A stretch of DNA of 49,836 bases, from positions 1 through 49,836 of the IMG/VR virus record IMGVR_UViG_3300037408_000887; one strand, given 5' to 3'. The DNA is from a virus. Lineage: Duplodnaviria; Caudoviricetes. A model generated the notes under the pieces. That model was not told the origin of the DNA. It saw only the letters and a list, made by a program, of their open reading frames with translations, and did not search any database. Shown here piece after piece: positions 19,226 to 29,756 of this stretch. Position 1 is the first letter of the stretch, and each line of letters begins with the position of its first letter. A program made the position numbers and the translations under genes.

Positions 19226-20179
19226 TTATACAGTCGGACGGAAAACCGCATAATTGATTATCGCGTCATTCTGAGGATCGGCGGAGAAGGTGAAAATAAT
19301 CGCACCGGTATCGGCGGCGGCACTTACGCCAGTCACCGTTCCAGTCCCGCTATCAAGAATCGACCATACGACCTCATCAGTCGCAACCACCCCGGCAACG
19401 GGAACAATATTCTCTGCCCCGTATGCGGCATCAGCAGTCGCTTCTTGGTGTGCAGAACCAACGCCGTGAGTGGTATTGTCGGCATCGTGAGCATTGTATT
19501 TCGCCTTGAGATCATTCAGCCTTGTCACCGCTTCTTCAAGCGATACGGGCGCAACCGCAGAAACAAGCGAGTGATCGCCAGCCTCTTGAGCGGCATGATA
19601 TACCCACAACGCGCCAAGTTCAGAATCCGCCTCGTGCGTATCATACGCCGTCAGAAGGTCTCCCGCCAGAGCAAGCAGGGTTACGAGGTCAGTCGCGTCT
19701 GCCGTAGCAACCGGGAAGTTGACATTATCAACCGCCGTGGTGTGGTCGAGAGCATCTGCGGCATGAGCGTTCATTGACACCTTGAGGGCGTTCGCCAATG
19801 CAATCGCGCTTGCAAGACCGTCCCTGTTTTCTTCACGGCTCATCACTCGCGCATCATTCGCGGCGACCGGGATGAAAAGACCGAGACCCATCTTCGCGAG
19901 TGAAACGGCGTTACTTGCGATTCTCGTATTCGATACCGCGCCGACCGCAATCTTCCCCTCGGTGACGGCGAGTGCGCCGATCTTTCCTTCGGTGACGGCC
20001 AGATTTGCTATTTTTGCCTCGGTCACGGAAAGGGGCGCAAGTTCGTCGGTCGAAATCGAACCGGAAGGAAATTCGGCGTTAAGTGCCGCTTGGATTCTTG
20101 AGCCGAGTTGAACGTTCTGAGCCGCAGGGCTTGAATTGTTTATCGCCTGTGCTTCATCGTCAGTCATTGTCCATGTCAT
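19226..20179 (-). CDS. Head fibre / decoration protein with 10-aa repeats and duplicated His-rich motif
   Basis: Repeats LSVTEAKIAN / LAVTEGKIGA / LAVTEGKIAV; repeated N.LK...NAH.AD...H motif. Confidence 0.65.
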   Translation of the reverse strand: MTWTMTDDEAQAINNSSPAAQNVQLGSRIQAALNAEFPSGSISTDELAPLSVTEAKIANLAVTEGKIGALAVTEGKIAVGAVSNTRIASNAVSLAKMGLGLFIPVAANDARVMSREENRDGLASAIALANALKVSMNAHAADALDHTTAVDNVNFPVATADATDLVTLLALAGDLLTAYDTHEADSELGALWVYHAAQEAGDHSLVSAVAPVSLEEAVTRLNDLKAKYNAHDADNTTHGVGSAHQEATADAAYGAENIVPVAGVVATDEVVWSILDSGTGTVTGVSAAADTGAIIFTFSADPQNDAIINYAVFRPTV

Positions 20180-20499
20180 TTGATTTTCTCCTTACATTTG
20201 ATAAAAACCCATCCCTGAGCCAAGAGGGCGAGATGGACATCCTCACGGTCTGTTCGGACGACCCCCCCATCAACTTTAACGTCAATAGTTTCTCCGCCAG
20301 ATAACGTGACACAAGTTTTTGATATCTCGATCGGGCAATCTTTCCCATTATCAGGATGAGCATATGACCAAACAAGATTGCTTTTCGGTTCGGCCTTTCG
20401 TGATTGCTCCGGTATTACGATATCAGGGACCGCCGGGGCCTTGATACTGACCCCGGCGTCTTGTTTCCCATAAAACTCATCTGACGTGAGAACTCCCAT
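20176..20499 (-). CDS. Hypothetical protein downstream of capsid
   Basis: Abuts the capsid stop codon and overlaps the next start. Confidence 0.6.
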   Translation of the reverse strand: MGVLTSDEFYGKQDAGVSIKAPAVPDIVIPEQSRKAEPKSNLVWSYAHPDNGKDCPIEISKTCVTLSGGETIDVKVDGGVVRTDREDVHLALLAQGWVFIKCKEKIK

Positions 20500-21888
20500 T
20501 TAATAGGTTCTCAGGTTATGGTAAATAACGCTCGTCGCCTCGAAGGAGGGACAGAGCGCACAGTACGACTTGATAAGGAACGGGATATCGTCGTCGATCT
20601 CGGCGAGAGGCTTGATTGTCACGAGACCATTGAACCGATCCCCTGCGCTATTCGAGTAGGGAACTTTCCCGAGACCTTGGAACTCATCGAGGTCCCAAAG
20701 GATTACGCGCTCAGGAACATCGTGGCCGCCCGTCTGAACGAGAGGCACGTCGGTCTGAGCGGCAGTCGGGATTTCCGCACCCGCAGTCGCGGCAGTTATA
20801 ACGATCGAAGTCGTCGAACCGGTTATCGTTCCCGAACCATCATAAGTGTTCGCGGAAATGTAACGAACCAGACTTAGGGTCCCGGAGACAGTACCCATAT
20901 ACACCTTGTACCCGATCGCTCCGGTAAAGGCAGTCCATGACAGGGTGATGGTGTTAAGGTTCGTACCGGGGGCCCCGGTCGCTTGATTCACCTCGGCGGA
21001 TGCGAGTTCTTCGCCGTTATAGGTCACGGGGGCGACTCTGAAATAATACGTGGTAGAGTCGGTCAGAGTTCCGCCGGTCGTTCCGGTCGCAGTACCGATA
21101 ACGCCCATGGTATTGATCGGGCGAGTCGCCATGGTCTCAACTATCGGGATATCGCGATACGCCATCAGTCTCCACCCGCCGGGGATTTCTACCTGAGAAA
21201 GACCCGCGCCGGTAAGACCTTGATTGAGCCTTACGTTCGTGAGAAGCTGAGAAACCTTACTCAGCATCTCGGGCGACATGAGAAATACCTTGCGGTGCGG
21301 TTTCCCCTGAGCCCTGCTGTTCCTGTCTATCATATTATCGAGGAAAGAAAGACTGGTAGGGGTTGTTCCGCCAACCGTAGTATTGTTGATCCTGTTCGTG
21401 GTAACGAGATGATCCAGCCCGGAAAATTCATACTGGTTCCCGGTCGCGTTTCCCCAAAGGATATACGTCGCGAGATCGAACGCATGCGCGAGAAGATGGT
21501 TTTCCATCTCAGCCGCAGATGCATCGATATATTTCGCGCTTGCATCTTGCAGAAAGTTCGTGACCGCGCCCTTCCTGCGGATGACCTTCATGTTCACACC
21601 GTCACGGACATATGTTGCATTCCGGGTCGGGGTGACCGCCGCTTCTCCCATTGCACCACCCGGGGCGGGGAGGGAGGTAAGACGGTTGAACTCGTGGCGT
21701 TTCTGGTTATCGAATTTCGGAGAGATAACCGCGATTTCCGGAGAGAGGCGGACCATCGTATTAGTGATGATCGCTTCGAGTTTTTCCGGAACAAGACCCT
21801 CACCAACGCCGGTCGCAGACGTGAGGGCTTTCCTGATATCCGCCTTGTTTGCACGGGCGAACTTATTGAACATTCGTATCACTTCCAT
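20500..21888 (-). CDS. Major capsid protein (HK97 fold) with inserted fibronectin-III-like domain
   Basis: KALTS...G.GLVPEKL...IT and GNAT....EFSGL motifs. The insert reads TTYYFRVAPVTYNGE...ITLSWTAFTGAIGYKVYMGT. Confidence 0.9.
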   Translation of the reverse strand: MEVIRMFNKFARANKADIRKALTSATGVGEGLVPEKLEAIITNTMVRLSPEIAVISPKFDNQKRHEFNRLTSLPAPGGAMGEAAVTPTRNATYVRDGVNMKVIRRKGAVTNFLQDASAKYIDASAAEMENHLLAHAFDLATYILWGNATGNQYEFSGLDHLVTTNRINNTTVGGTTPTSLSFLDNMIDRNSRAQGKPHRKVFLMSPEMLSKVSQLLTNVRLNQGLTGAGLSQVEIPGGWRLMAYRDIPIVETMATRPINTMGVIGTATGTTGGTLTDSTTYYFRVAPVTYNGEELASAEVNQATGAPGTNLNTITLSWTAFTGAIGYKVYMGTVSGTLSLVRYISANTYDGSGTITGSTTSIVITAATAGAEIPTAAQTDVPLVQTGGHDVPERVILWDLDEFQGLGKVPYSNSAGDRFNGLVTIKPLAEIDDDIPFLIKSYCALCPSFEATSVIYHNLRTY

Positions 21889-21912
21889 TTCTGAGTTCTC
21901 CTGTTTCTTATT

Positions 21913-22644
21913 TTACGAACGGTTCCCGAAAAGGGGCATCAGAACTGATCCGATGTCTTTTCGCACCATGGCTCCACGATCATACGATTCGTTCGCACGA
22001 TTGCCGCCGGAAAGACTTTGCTTGAGGTCCTCGATCGATTTCTTGACTTCCTCGATGCTGTCATCCCTGCTCGTGATAACAGGCCGACGGTTGTCTTTCT
22101 CGACTCGGTTTTCATGCGCCGATAGGATCGATTTCTTGACGGCATCAGCATAGCCCTGTCCTCTCAGCATCCCCTCGATTGCCTCCCCCTGAGCGGCGAC
22201 TTGGTTCGACATTGACTTCATTGCTTTCATCATTGTCGAGAATGCAGTCACGAGACCCGCCGTGCTGTTCACCGGAGTTTTGATCGAGATGAGCCCTTTC
22301 TTGAGAAGTCGTTTCGCGACGGCGATTTCTTTCTCGTTGAGTTCGAGATCATCGAGGAGTCTTTCGTCAGAATCATCAGAGGCAGTCGTTCCTTCTGATT
22401 GTTCGTCGCCCTGAGTTTCGTTCATGAAAGATTTTTTTGCCATCCTTTTCGACTTGGCAATTTCTTCCTCTTTCGTTTCTTCCTCGGTAAAAATATCGGC
22501 ATTCTCGCCGTCTACCGGTCCCATCTCTCCGCCGGGCTCCGTGATCTCTGCCATGGGCTCAACTCCGCTCTCGCCAGCCTCGATCTGCTCGATCTGCTCA
22601 AGAATCGCCTTTGCATCCGCTATCAATACGGAAAGTTCATCCAT
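21913..22644 (-). CDS. Capsid scaffolding protein
   Basis: Acidic, helical protein between protease and capsid, rich in [VIM]xK[SAD] motifs. Confidence 0.75.
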   Translation of the reverse strand: MDELSVLIADAKAILEQIEQIEAGESGVEPMAEITEPGGEMGPVDGENADIFTEEETKEEEIAKSKRMAKKSFMNETQGDEQSEGTTASDDSDERLLDDLELNEKEIAVAKRLLKKGLISIKTPVNSTAGLVTAFSTMMKAMKSMSNQVAAQGEAIEGMLRGQGYADAVKKSILSAHENRVEKDNRRPVITSRDDSIEEVKKSIEDLKQSLSGGNRANESYDRGAMVRKDIGSVLMPLFGNRS

Positions 22645-23593
22645 TGTAATTCTCCTGTTGTGTTATGCTCAATGCATCGTTGATTTTCCGGAGTTTTGCA
22701 AGCAACTCCATCACCAACCGCTCACGTTCGTCCTCGGGCGACTTTGAAACCCTGTGTAAAGAATCATCATTAAAATTCTTAAAGACTCGTGAGTCGACAA
22801 CCAACTCGCACATGAGATTCCCATATTCCTCCATGATAGACTTCATGACTTCGCGCCTGTCGTCTATCGTGGGGTCATTCATGAAATTATAGACTTCATC
22901 CATGAGGGCATCGTCAAGGGCATATTTACTCGAATAAAAATCATTTGCCGATTCTCTTTCCGAGAGTCGGTTCCGGAGTCTCCCTGCAATACCTTTTTGG
23001 ATTGTCCATGGACGCTTGAGCCCTAGGGCCTTATACACCGCATGAGCAATTGAAGTCGAATATGCGGGACGGGGGACCACGACAACGCCGTCAAGAACGA
23101 CCTCATCCATAACTCGGCGGCCGTCGGGGGACATTTCTACGATACCGCCCTCGGGGATATACCCCTCAACGCTGAATCCCTTTTGAATGGGATGAGTGTA
23201 GGGCGGAATTCCCTTTACTTGCCGCCAGATTTTATTGGCCCTTTCAACCGTATTGGGCCCGAATCCATCCGCATCGTCAAAAAGCCTGAACGTCGTTTTC
23301 CAGTCGCCATCGGGAAGAATCTCGGCTCCCACAAGAATCCCGATATCATCTGTAAAATTGACATCATGCTTGTCCGCATAAAGCAAAATCGATCCGCTGT
23401 TGCATTGAGTCATGAATGACTTTATGCATTTCGCGGTCATTCGTTCGCCCTGACCATCAAGACGTTCACCGGACGAAACGCCGATAAGATACCGTCGCTT
23501 CGCGGCTCCATCTCCATTCGACTTTTCAACGGCATGAAGTTGACTCTCGAAATTGGCAGGATGAAACTTGAACTTTACTCTATGGTCATTCAT
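22637..23593 (-). CDS. Prohead maturation protease
   Basis: G.SS..RLDGQGERM, H, KGFSVEG and VVVPRPAY motifs. Likely start 23593. Confidence 0.85.
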   Translation of the reverse strand: MNDHRVKFKFHPANFESQLHAVEKSNGDGAAKRRYLIGVSSGERLDGQGERMTAKCIKSFMTQCNSGSILLYADKHDVNFTDDIGILVGAEILPDGDWKTTFRLFDDADGFGPNTVERANKIWRQVKGIPPYTHPIQKGFSVEGYIPEGGIVEMSPDGRRVMDEVVLDGVVVVPRPAYSTSIAHAVYKALGLKRPWTIQKGIAGRLRNRLSERESANDFYSSKYALDDALMDEVYNFMNDPTIDDRREVMKSIMEEYGNLMCELVVDSRVFKNFNDDSLHRVSKSPEDERERLVMELLAKLRKINDALSITQQENYNG

Positions 23594-23625
23594 GGGTTTT
23601 CCCCTATCATGATTTTCAAAAAAAG

Positions 23626-24465
23626 TCAATCCTTTTTCTTCGCGAAAACAAATTGGATATCGCAATTGCACCCGATAACCTGCTCTGGTGGTGCGCTTGG
23701 ATCATGCGGCCCGATCATTCTATGCCGCGCTCTCAGTTTTCCTTTGTTCCTGCCTGAGTCATAATACATCGGCACATCGAAATAATGACGTATCGGGATA
23801 GGGCTCGACATGGTTTTCGATGCGACTTCCATATGCCCGAGTCTCGGGGTTTTCGACAACCCCCTATTGTGGACCCACACCTTCATCACTTCGACATTCT
23901 TGTTCTTATCGGCAACCGATTGAGCATATTTGATCTTGATATCATTTACGGTCGACCTGACTTCCGTCACCGCAATAGTATGAATATTGGGCGGCATCCC
24001 CTTGAGTTTATCGCGCTCGACATATCCCCGGAACGTTTCGGTTATTCGCCTTTCATATTCATCAATGATTTTCGGGTTTATCGTTCCCGCCTTGGCCCCC
24101 GTCCTTCTGATATATCTCGGTTCACCCGTTTTCTCGGTAACGATTTCCATGACGCCGCGAAGATCGCGGGAGAGGGCCTGCCTGATTCCATCGGTCAACA
24201 AGTCTCCCCGCTCCGCACCCTTTCGGATATACACCTTCCTCTTGGGGAGAATCGTGGATAAATCAGGGACCACGATAGGCTTGCCCGTCGTTTTCGTGCT
24301 TTCGATATCTCGCTTCATTTTCGCATTCGACAATCGGTACATCGCATCCGATATCTGCCCCGTATTGTGCGCGATTATCTCTCTCATGAGTGCGCGATAC
24401 TTTCCAGCCCGGACGTTCTCAGTCCCGTACTTTTTTTTCAGATGGTTCCAGTCTATCTTCGCCAT
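23626..24465 (-). CDS. Head morphogenesis protein (MuF / SPP1 gp7-like)
   Basis: IAVTEV...N, K.W.H, R.GH and PHDP..PPEQVIGCNC motifs. Likely start 24465. Confidence 0.8.
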   Translation of the reverse strand: MAKIDWNHLKKKYGTENVRAGKYRALMREIIAHNTGQISDAMYRLSNAKMKRDIESTKTTGKPIVVPDLSTILPKRKVYIRKGAERGDLLTDGIRQALSRDLRGVMEIVTEKTGEPRYIRRTGAKAGTINPKIIDEYERRITETFRGYVERDKLKGMPPNIHTIAVTEVRSTVNDIKIKYAQSVADKNKNVEVMKVWVHNRGLSKTPRLGHMEVASKTMSSPIPIRHYFDVPMYYDSGRNKGKLRARHRMIGPHDPSAPPEQVIGCNCDIQFVFAKKKD

Positions 24466-24542
24466 CCACCGTTCCCCCGTAGACCGGAACACTCAGACTC
24501 CGGTCGAGGATTATCCCGTTTTCTCTGATATCTTTTTCGTCG

Positions 24543-27500
24543 TCAGTCATTATATTCTCGTTTTTCATATTCGAGCCACCTTTTGCAATCATCAGCGAAT
24601 CTCATCATGACCTCATGATGGTGGTACTTGTTCGCATCTTCTTCCGTTTTTTCTCCGTCCTTTATTTTTTGTGTCCATTCCTCAATAACCGACCTGTTGG
24701 CATATGCATAGTTCAGGAGGATTTCTTCTGCATGACTCACGACATCATCAATGGATTTCACCCGCAAGGAATAGCCAACATTCTTGCCATCCAGAACGGA
24801 AAAGACTATCATCTCGCGGAGTGCAAGTCTTATAAAAAACTTGATATCCTCCTGAGAAAAGGAACATCCGGAGGGATGGTTGTGAATAAAAACTTTTGCA
24901 CCCGACACATTCTTGATTTCTTCCGGAGAAAAAGCCACTTCATTTTCACCACCTTCTTTCTCCAGAGATATTTTTCCTCCATGATTTATCACGAGACACC
25001 TTTCATGATCCAACCCGGAATACTTAACTCGGAAAAGTTCGATGGGATCAGTAATAGACAATTCTTCTTGCGCTGGTTGTTCTGTCGCGGCTCCCGCCGG
25101 TTGACGATTTTCCTCTGTCGCCGTTCTTCCGGATGGAGGGTCCGTCCTTTCAACCGCTCCGGTATCAGGATTTCTCCAATACCAATTGCCATCTTTCCTT
25201 TGCCACTTGCCTGACTTCTGGACCGTTCCCTGCGGCCCTCCCTCGGGCCCCTCGGGCTCATCCTCGAAATCATCCCCAAGCATAAATTGAGCGTACTCCT
25301 TGAGTGCCTGCCTTGTCTCTGCCGGGACGGTACGTTCATCATATTCCTTGAATATCGCCCACAATCTATTCTTGAGATCGGAAAGTTCTCTGAGTGATTT
25401 CATTACTGATGACCCTGCCGGGACCATATAGAAAACGCCCGGGCGTCCATCACGATCGTAATTCCATTTATCCGGGGCATACTGATCATCCCAATCGGCG
25501 AAATCAACAACTTGCCATCCTGCCTTTGCATATTGCCACGCCAGCCAGAACCCGAGACAATCCAACTTTCTCGCTCCTAGGGCGAATGCTTTATCCATCA
25601 TTTCTTTAAGTCGCCCCTTGCCTCCGGAGAAAACGGAGATAAGTTCTCCCTGATCTGTAATTGCAAAACCAGATTTCCCATCCCGAGAAAGATATGTCGT
25701 CGCATTCTTCTCTCCATATTCTCCGGGGGAGTACGGGGTAACCCATAGCCTTTTTTCCTCGGGAATATATTTATCGCGGTTTTTCACGAACTCCTCGGCA
25801 TCAGCTTTTATAATTTCTCTGATATGCTTTTCTTCAATCGCGACTCTCTGAGCCTGTGTCGTCGCCTCAGATGGCGGCTTGGATATTGCCTCGGCTTTTG
25901 CCTGTTCTTGTTTTTTTCTTTTCTCCTCGGGATCATCCGGGGTTGCCCCACGAGTCGGAGGTTTATAAGGCATCTTGTTCCCGAACTTATCCCTTATCCA
26001 CCAACGGCCATCCTTGGTCTGCCATGGTCCCTTCGCAACCCTTCGGAGACCGAGAAGAACTCTCGCCTTATTGACCTGAGACTTGAGTTCGCGTTTCGCA
26101 TTCTTCATTACTTGCGCGATTCTGATTTCTCGTTCGAGCCCCTTCTTCACCTTGTTCAACCGTCCCCGGAGAATTGCTTTCCTCGCATTCTCATGATCGG
26201 CAACGAGTTCCCGGCCTATCTCATCCAGAATCCGCTCATCTTCTTCGGGAAGGAAAATAATCGGATAGTACCACTCTCCTGACTTCCCTCTCGACTTTCT
26301 CACTTTTGATTTCTTAACATCCATTGACGCCGTTTTCGTCTGACCCCCTTCTTCCTGTTGGTCTTTATAAAAAGATTTCATCCGCCTCTGTAAATATGCA
26401 TTAAGTCTCCTCATTGATACGGAATCAGGATCGAAATCAAGAACCGCATGCCGTGTCCCGTTCATCTGAAATCCATACCGCTCCCATATCTCCTCACCAC
26501 GAGGGAGAAGAAGCAATTCCTGAACCGACCTTACATTTTTTACAGAAGCAATTTCATCTTCGGAAAATTCAATCCCCTCTCTTTCTTCATTCCTCATTGA
26601 CGAAACAAGTTTTGAAACCTGATAATTGTCGAACATATACTCGAACCCATATTTCGCCCACGTCACGAATCCATTGAAGTTCCCGGTCTTGAATGCATTG
26701 ATTTTATATTTCAGTTTTGCATCCTCATAACTCAACCCTTCATGATCTGCAATCATCTGAACTTTTTCCTTCATTGTCATGCCGTCGCTTTCACCCGCCG
26801 CATAGCAATGTATCGCCGTCGCATTGAGTTTTTTGGCAGTAACAAACGTCTGGAAAATCCCCGACGCCATCATGTCGGGATGAAAATCAGGATGCTCAGG
26901 GTTGACACGAACCAACCCGCCATATACCGCAAGCCCCTCCCCCGTCCGTTGCAGAGTGAGATCGGCAGAGAAGGGGGCCTCGTTCAAGTCGGGGTTTATC
27001 AGAATATCGATCCTGTTGCCGTCTATGCGGTTTATATCGATGATATCGTTTTCTCTCAACGCACCCGTCACCTGAACGACATCCTCAATCGTTGCAGGCC
27101 ATCCGTTTTCCACGAGGAGGTCATTGATTTCCTGATCTGTCTTACCGGCAATATTTCCGTTATACCTCACATTTGAATATTTCTTATACCCCGTCCTGTC
27201 AATCTTCGATGCGGCACTTTTCATTTCCTCGACCAGAGATTGAGTAACCGGAGGAGGAGGAGAAAGCCTCTTGACGGTAAGATCACCACCGGACGTTCCC
27301 TCTATCGCATCAGGGTCGTCCGAAGAATCGTCATCAATAAAGTCGTCATCCCTTCTATCTTGCTCGTATGAATCAAAGGCATCGTCGATATCTTCCATCA
27401 TTTCTTCCGGATTGTAACGATCAGAGCCTTCCCGAATTTCTCCAATAATCTCGTTGATATGATCTTGACGCCACTCGGCAATGTCCTCATTCCGCGCCCT

Positions 27501-29756
27501 CTCGTTCATGTAGTCGCTAAGCATGTCCGCGACTCCATCTCTCCAATCAAACTCAGCGAACTCGTTTATCAAGTCGACGTACCCGCTTCGATCCCCATCC
27601 CGATATCGTTCATACATATCTGCATAATTTTCGAGACGCTTCTTGAAATCATCAAGATCGATTTCGCCATACTCAAGGTCCTCAAGATCGGCACGGATCA
27701 TATCGTTATGGAAATCATGCATCTCGGGAGCATCATCAAATAACTTTTGAAGGATGTCCCTCGCCGTATCCCAATCTTTATCCTCGATTGCCTTTGCGTA
27801 TCTCTCGGGGATTTTCAAGTCCTCATAAGCATTTTTAACATTCGTCCTTCTTCTCATCCCGGACAACATTAAGCCCGGAAAGTTTCCCGGGAAAAAAGTA
27901 GTATCATTTGGATTGTTCATTTCCGAATTCAGAAATTCATTATATGCGCTTGCGGTAAGATAGGGAGCATACTGCTTGATAAAGTCATCGCGTAATTTTT
28001 TCGCCTCATCTATTTTTCCATCGTTATATAGTCGAGTTCCCTCTGCGACAACCGCACTCATTTTTTCTATAAAGGCATCGGTCTCTCCCTCTCCAGAGCC
28101 CTCCATGTCGAAAAGCCTATTGTCCAGATCGCGCATCTCAGCCCGAAAAAGAACTTTTTCATTTATCTCAAGACCTTTGTTCAAAAAAGATTCAAGGCTC
28201 TCAAGATAGTTCTCGAAACCTTCCGCGCCATCAACCCCCGTCGCATCTCTCGCAGGATCGACAAACCCGCCTGCCCCGACAAGAAACATCGCCTCATGCA
28301 AGAGGAGCCTTGCCTCATCTGTATCGCCACGATCGAATGCCTCTTTCGCTTTTGCCTGAGCCTCCGTAAGTATTTTTCTCGCCTCCTCTTTTGTCGGGAT
28401 GCTTTCGGTTTTCGGGATATCGCGTCCACTAGGAAGTGTGTTCCCTCCATTTCTGACATTTATTTCTTCCTCACTCAATCCCTCGGGGTTTTCCTGAATA
28501 GGAAATCGTTCGAGAAGTTTTTCCTCTTGTGCATCAATAAGATCGTTGAGCCGATCGCTTTCAACTTCACGCTCCGAACGTTCTGCCTCACTTCTTGCCC
28601 GTCTTATTATATCCTCAAAGTTGGTTCGATGGTTTATCATGCTCGATGATAAATCGGCAACTGGATCATCCCTACGCATTATTGCATCTATATTCGCTTG
28701 CTTCTGCTCAGGAGACATGGCAACCTGATTTTTTACCCAATCGACAAGAATGGATTTCGCACGGTCCATATCACCGTTTTCTTTCGCGGCCTTTGCGCCA
28801 GCGAGTGCCTGTTCCCATCCTCCCACCATTTCGTCGATGTCTGGTATTTCTTGAAGTCTCGGCGGCCATGGGGATTGGACTTCTTCGCCCTCGGGACGAT
28901 CCTCGGATTCTCTCCCTGTTGTTTCTCCGGGCCTTATCGTCGTGGCGTTTTCATTGAGATCGTCGACCCATCTCCGCAAATCGAAATCTTGAAACCGGCC
29001 CTCTTGGAGTGGCCCGAGATCGGATAAAAGTTTTTCACGTTGTTCATCCGAGAGAATGCCTTGATTTCGATATCCATTAACGAGAGAGAGAAGTTGCCAA
29101 TAAGCATCAGCCCCTCTCCCCGCCTCAATAGTCTCGAATGAGGAATCAAAAATATCGCGGCCCTCTGCATCAGGAAATCCGATATCAGGAACATTATTCG
29201 ACATATACCGATTCTCTCCCGTCGCCTCGTTGAGAAAATCGACAAGAGAGAAGTCCGCGAATTGATTGTCCTTGTGCCTGAGAATTTCGTCCGTCAATGC
29301 CCTCGCGGCATCTGTGCTAATGACTCCGGTCCTTCTCATGTTCTCGACGAAAGAGCCGAGAGAATCGACGGCATCATCCATCCGCCCTTCGGATAATGCT
29401 TGCTTGAATTCGGATCTTGCATCCGCCGCGCTATCTCTCGACGATAACGGATGATCACTTTGCGCCTCGCCCCTCTGTCGTCCCCCGGGAGGAGTCGTCT
29501 GCTCAACGTTTCCCGTCTCGGGATTGCGCCAATACCAATTGCCGTCGACCCTTTGCCACTTCGACGATTTCGCAACGGCCATGACCTCTCGACGATGCTT
29601 CATGAGTTCAACATCATTTCTGGTTTTGTGAACAAGTAACCTAAGTTCTGTTTTGACATCCCCCGATTCACGGGCCTTGAAAATGTGATATGATAATTGT
29701 TTATTGACTGCGGATAGTTTCTGAAAAAGGGCGAGTTTTTTATTCATCGATTTCAC
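24543..29756 (-). CDS. 1737-aa polyvalent head-associated protein with two GNAT-like domains and a C-terminal JAB/MPN-like domain
   Basis: Lies between portal and MuF. GNAT-like 1: AIHCYAAG...NGFVTWAKYGF. GNAT-like 2: GELISVFS...GARKLDC...YAKAGW. JAB-like: E...IHNHPSGCSFSQED. Three copies of a Trp-rich motif. Confidence 0.8.
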   Translation of the reverse strand: MKSMNKKLALFQKLSAVNKQLSYHIFKARESGDVKTELRLLVHKTRNDVELMKHRREVMAVAKSSKWQRVDGNWYWRNPETGNVEQTTPPGGRQRGEAQSDHPLSSRDSAADARSEFKQALSEGRMDDAVDSLGSFVENMRRTGVISTDAARALTDEILRHKDNQFADFSLVDFLNEATGENRYMSNNVPDIGFPDAEGRDIFDSSFETIEAGRGADAYWQLLSLVNGYRNQGILSDEQREKLLSDLGPLQEGRFQDFDLRRWVDDLNENATTIRPGETTGRESEDRPEGEEVQSPWPPRLQEIPDIDEMVGGWEQALAGAKAAKENGDMDRAKSILVDWVKNQVAMSPEQKQANIDAIMRRDDPVADLSSSMINHRTNFEDIIRRARSEAERSEREVESDRLNDLIDAQEEKLLERFPIQENPEGLSEEEINVRNGGNTLPSGRDIPKTESIPTKEEARKILTEAQAKAKEAFDRGDTDEARLLLHEAMFLVGAGGFVDPARDATGVDGAEGFENYLESLESFLNKGLEINEKVLFRAEMRDLDNRLFDMEGSGEGETDAFIEKMSAVVAEGTRLYNDGKIDEAKKLRDDFIKQYAPYLTASAYNEFLNSEMNNPNDTTFFPGNFPGLMLSGMRRRTNVKNAYEDLKIPERYAKAIEDKDWDTARDILQKLFDDAPEMHDFHNDMIRADLEDLEYGEIDLDDFKKRLENYADMYERYRDGDRSGYVDLINEFAEFDWRDGVADMLSDYMNERARNEDIAEWRQDHINEIIGEIREGSDRYNPEEMMEDIDDAFDSYEQDRRDDDFIDDDSSDDPDAIEGTSGGDLTVKRLSPPPPVTQSLVEEMKSAASKIDRTGYKKYSNVRYNGNIAGKTDQEINDLLVENGWPATIEDVVQVTGALRENDIIDINRIDGNRIDILINPDLNEAPFSADLTLQRTGEGLAVYGGLVRVNPEHPDFHPDMMASGIFQTFVTAKKLNATAIHCYAAGESDGMTMKEKVQMIADHEGLSYEDAKLKYKINAFKTGNFNGFVTWAKYGFEYMFDNYQVSKLVSSMRNEEREGIEFSEDEIASVKNVRSVQELLLLPRGEEIWERYGFQMNGTRHAVLDFDPDSVSMRRLNAYLQRRMKSFYKDQQEEGGQTKTASMDVKKSKVRKSRGKSGEWYYPIIFLPEEDERILDEIGRELVADHENARKAILRGRLNKVKKGLEREIRIAQVMKNAKRELKSQVNKARVLLGLRRVAKGPWQTKDGRWWIRDKFGNKMPYKPPTRGATPDDPEEKRKKQEQAKAEAISKPPSEATTQAQRVAIEEKHIREIIKADAEEFVKNRDKYIPEEKRLWVTPYSPGEYGEKNATTYLSRDGKSGFAITDQGELISVFSGGKGRLKEMMDKAFALGARKLDCLGFWLAWQYAKAGWQVVDFADWDDQYAPDKWNYDRDGRPGVFYMVPAGSSVMKSLRELSDLKNRLWAIFKEYDERTVPAETRQALKEYAQFMLGDDFEDEPEGPEGGPQGTVQKSGKWQRKDGNWYWRNPDTGAVERTDPPSGRTATEENRQPAGAATEQPAQEELSITDPIELFRVKYSGLDHERCLVINHGGKISLEKEGGENEVAFSPEEIKNVSGAKVFIHNHPSGCSFSQEDIKFFIRLALREMIVFSVLDGKNVGYSLRVKSIDDVVSHAEEILLNYAYANRSVIEEWTQKIKDGEKTEEDANKYHHHEVMMRFADDCKRWLEYEKREYND

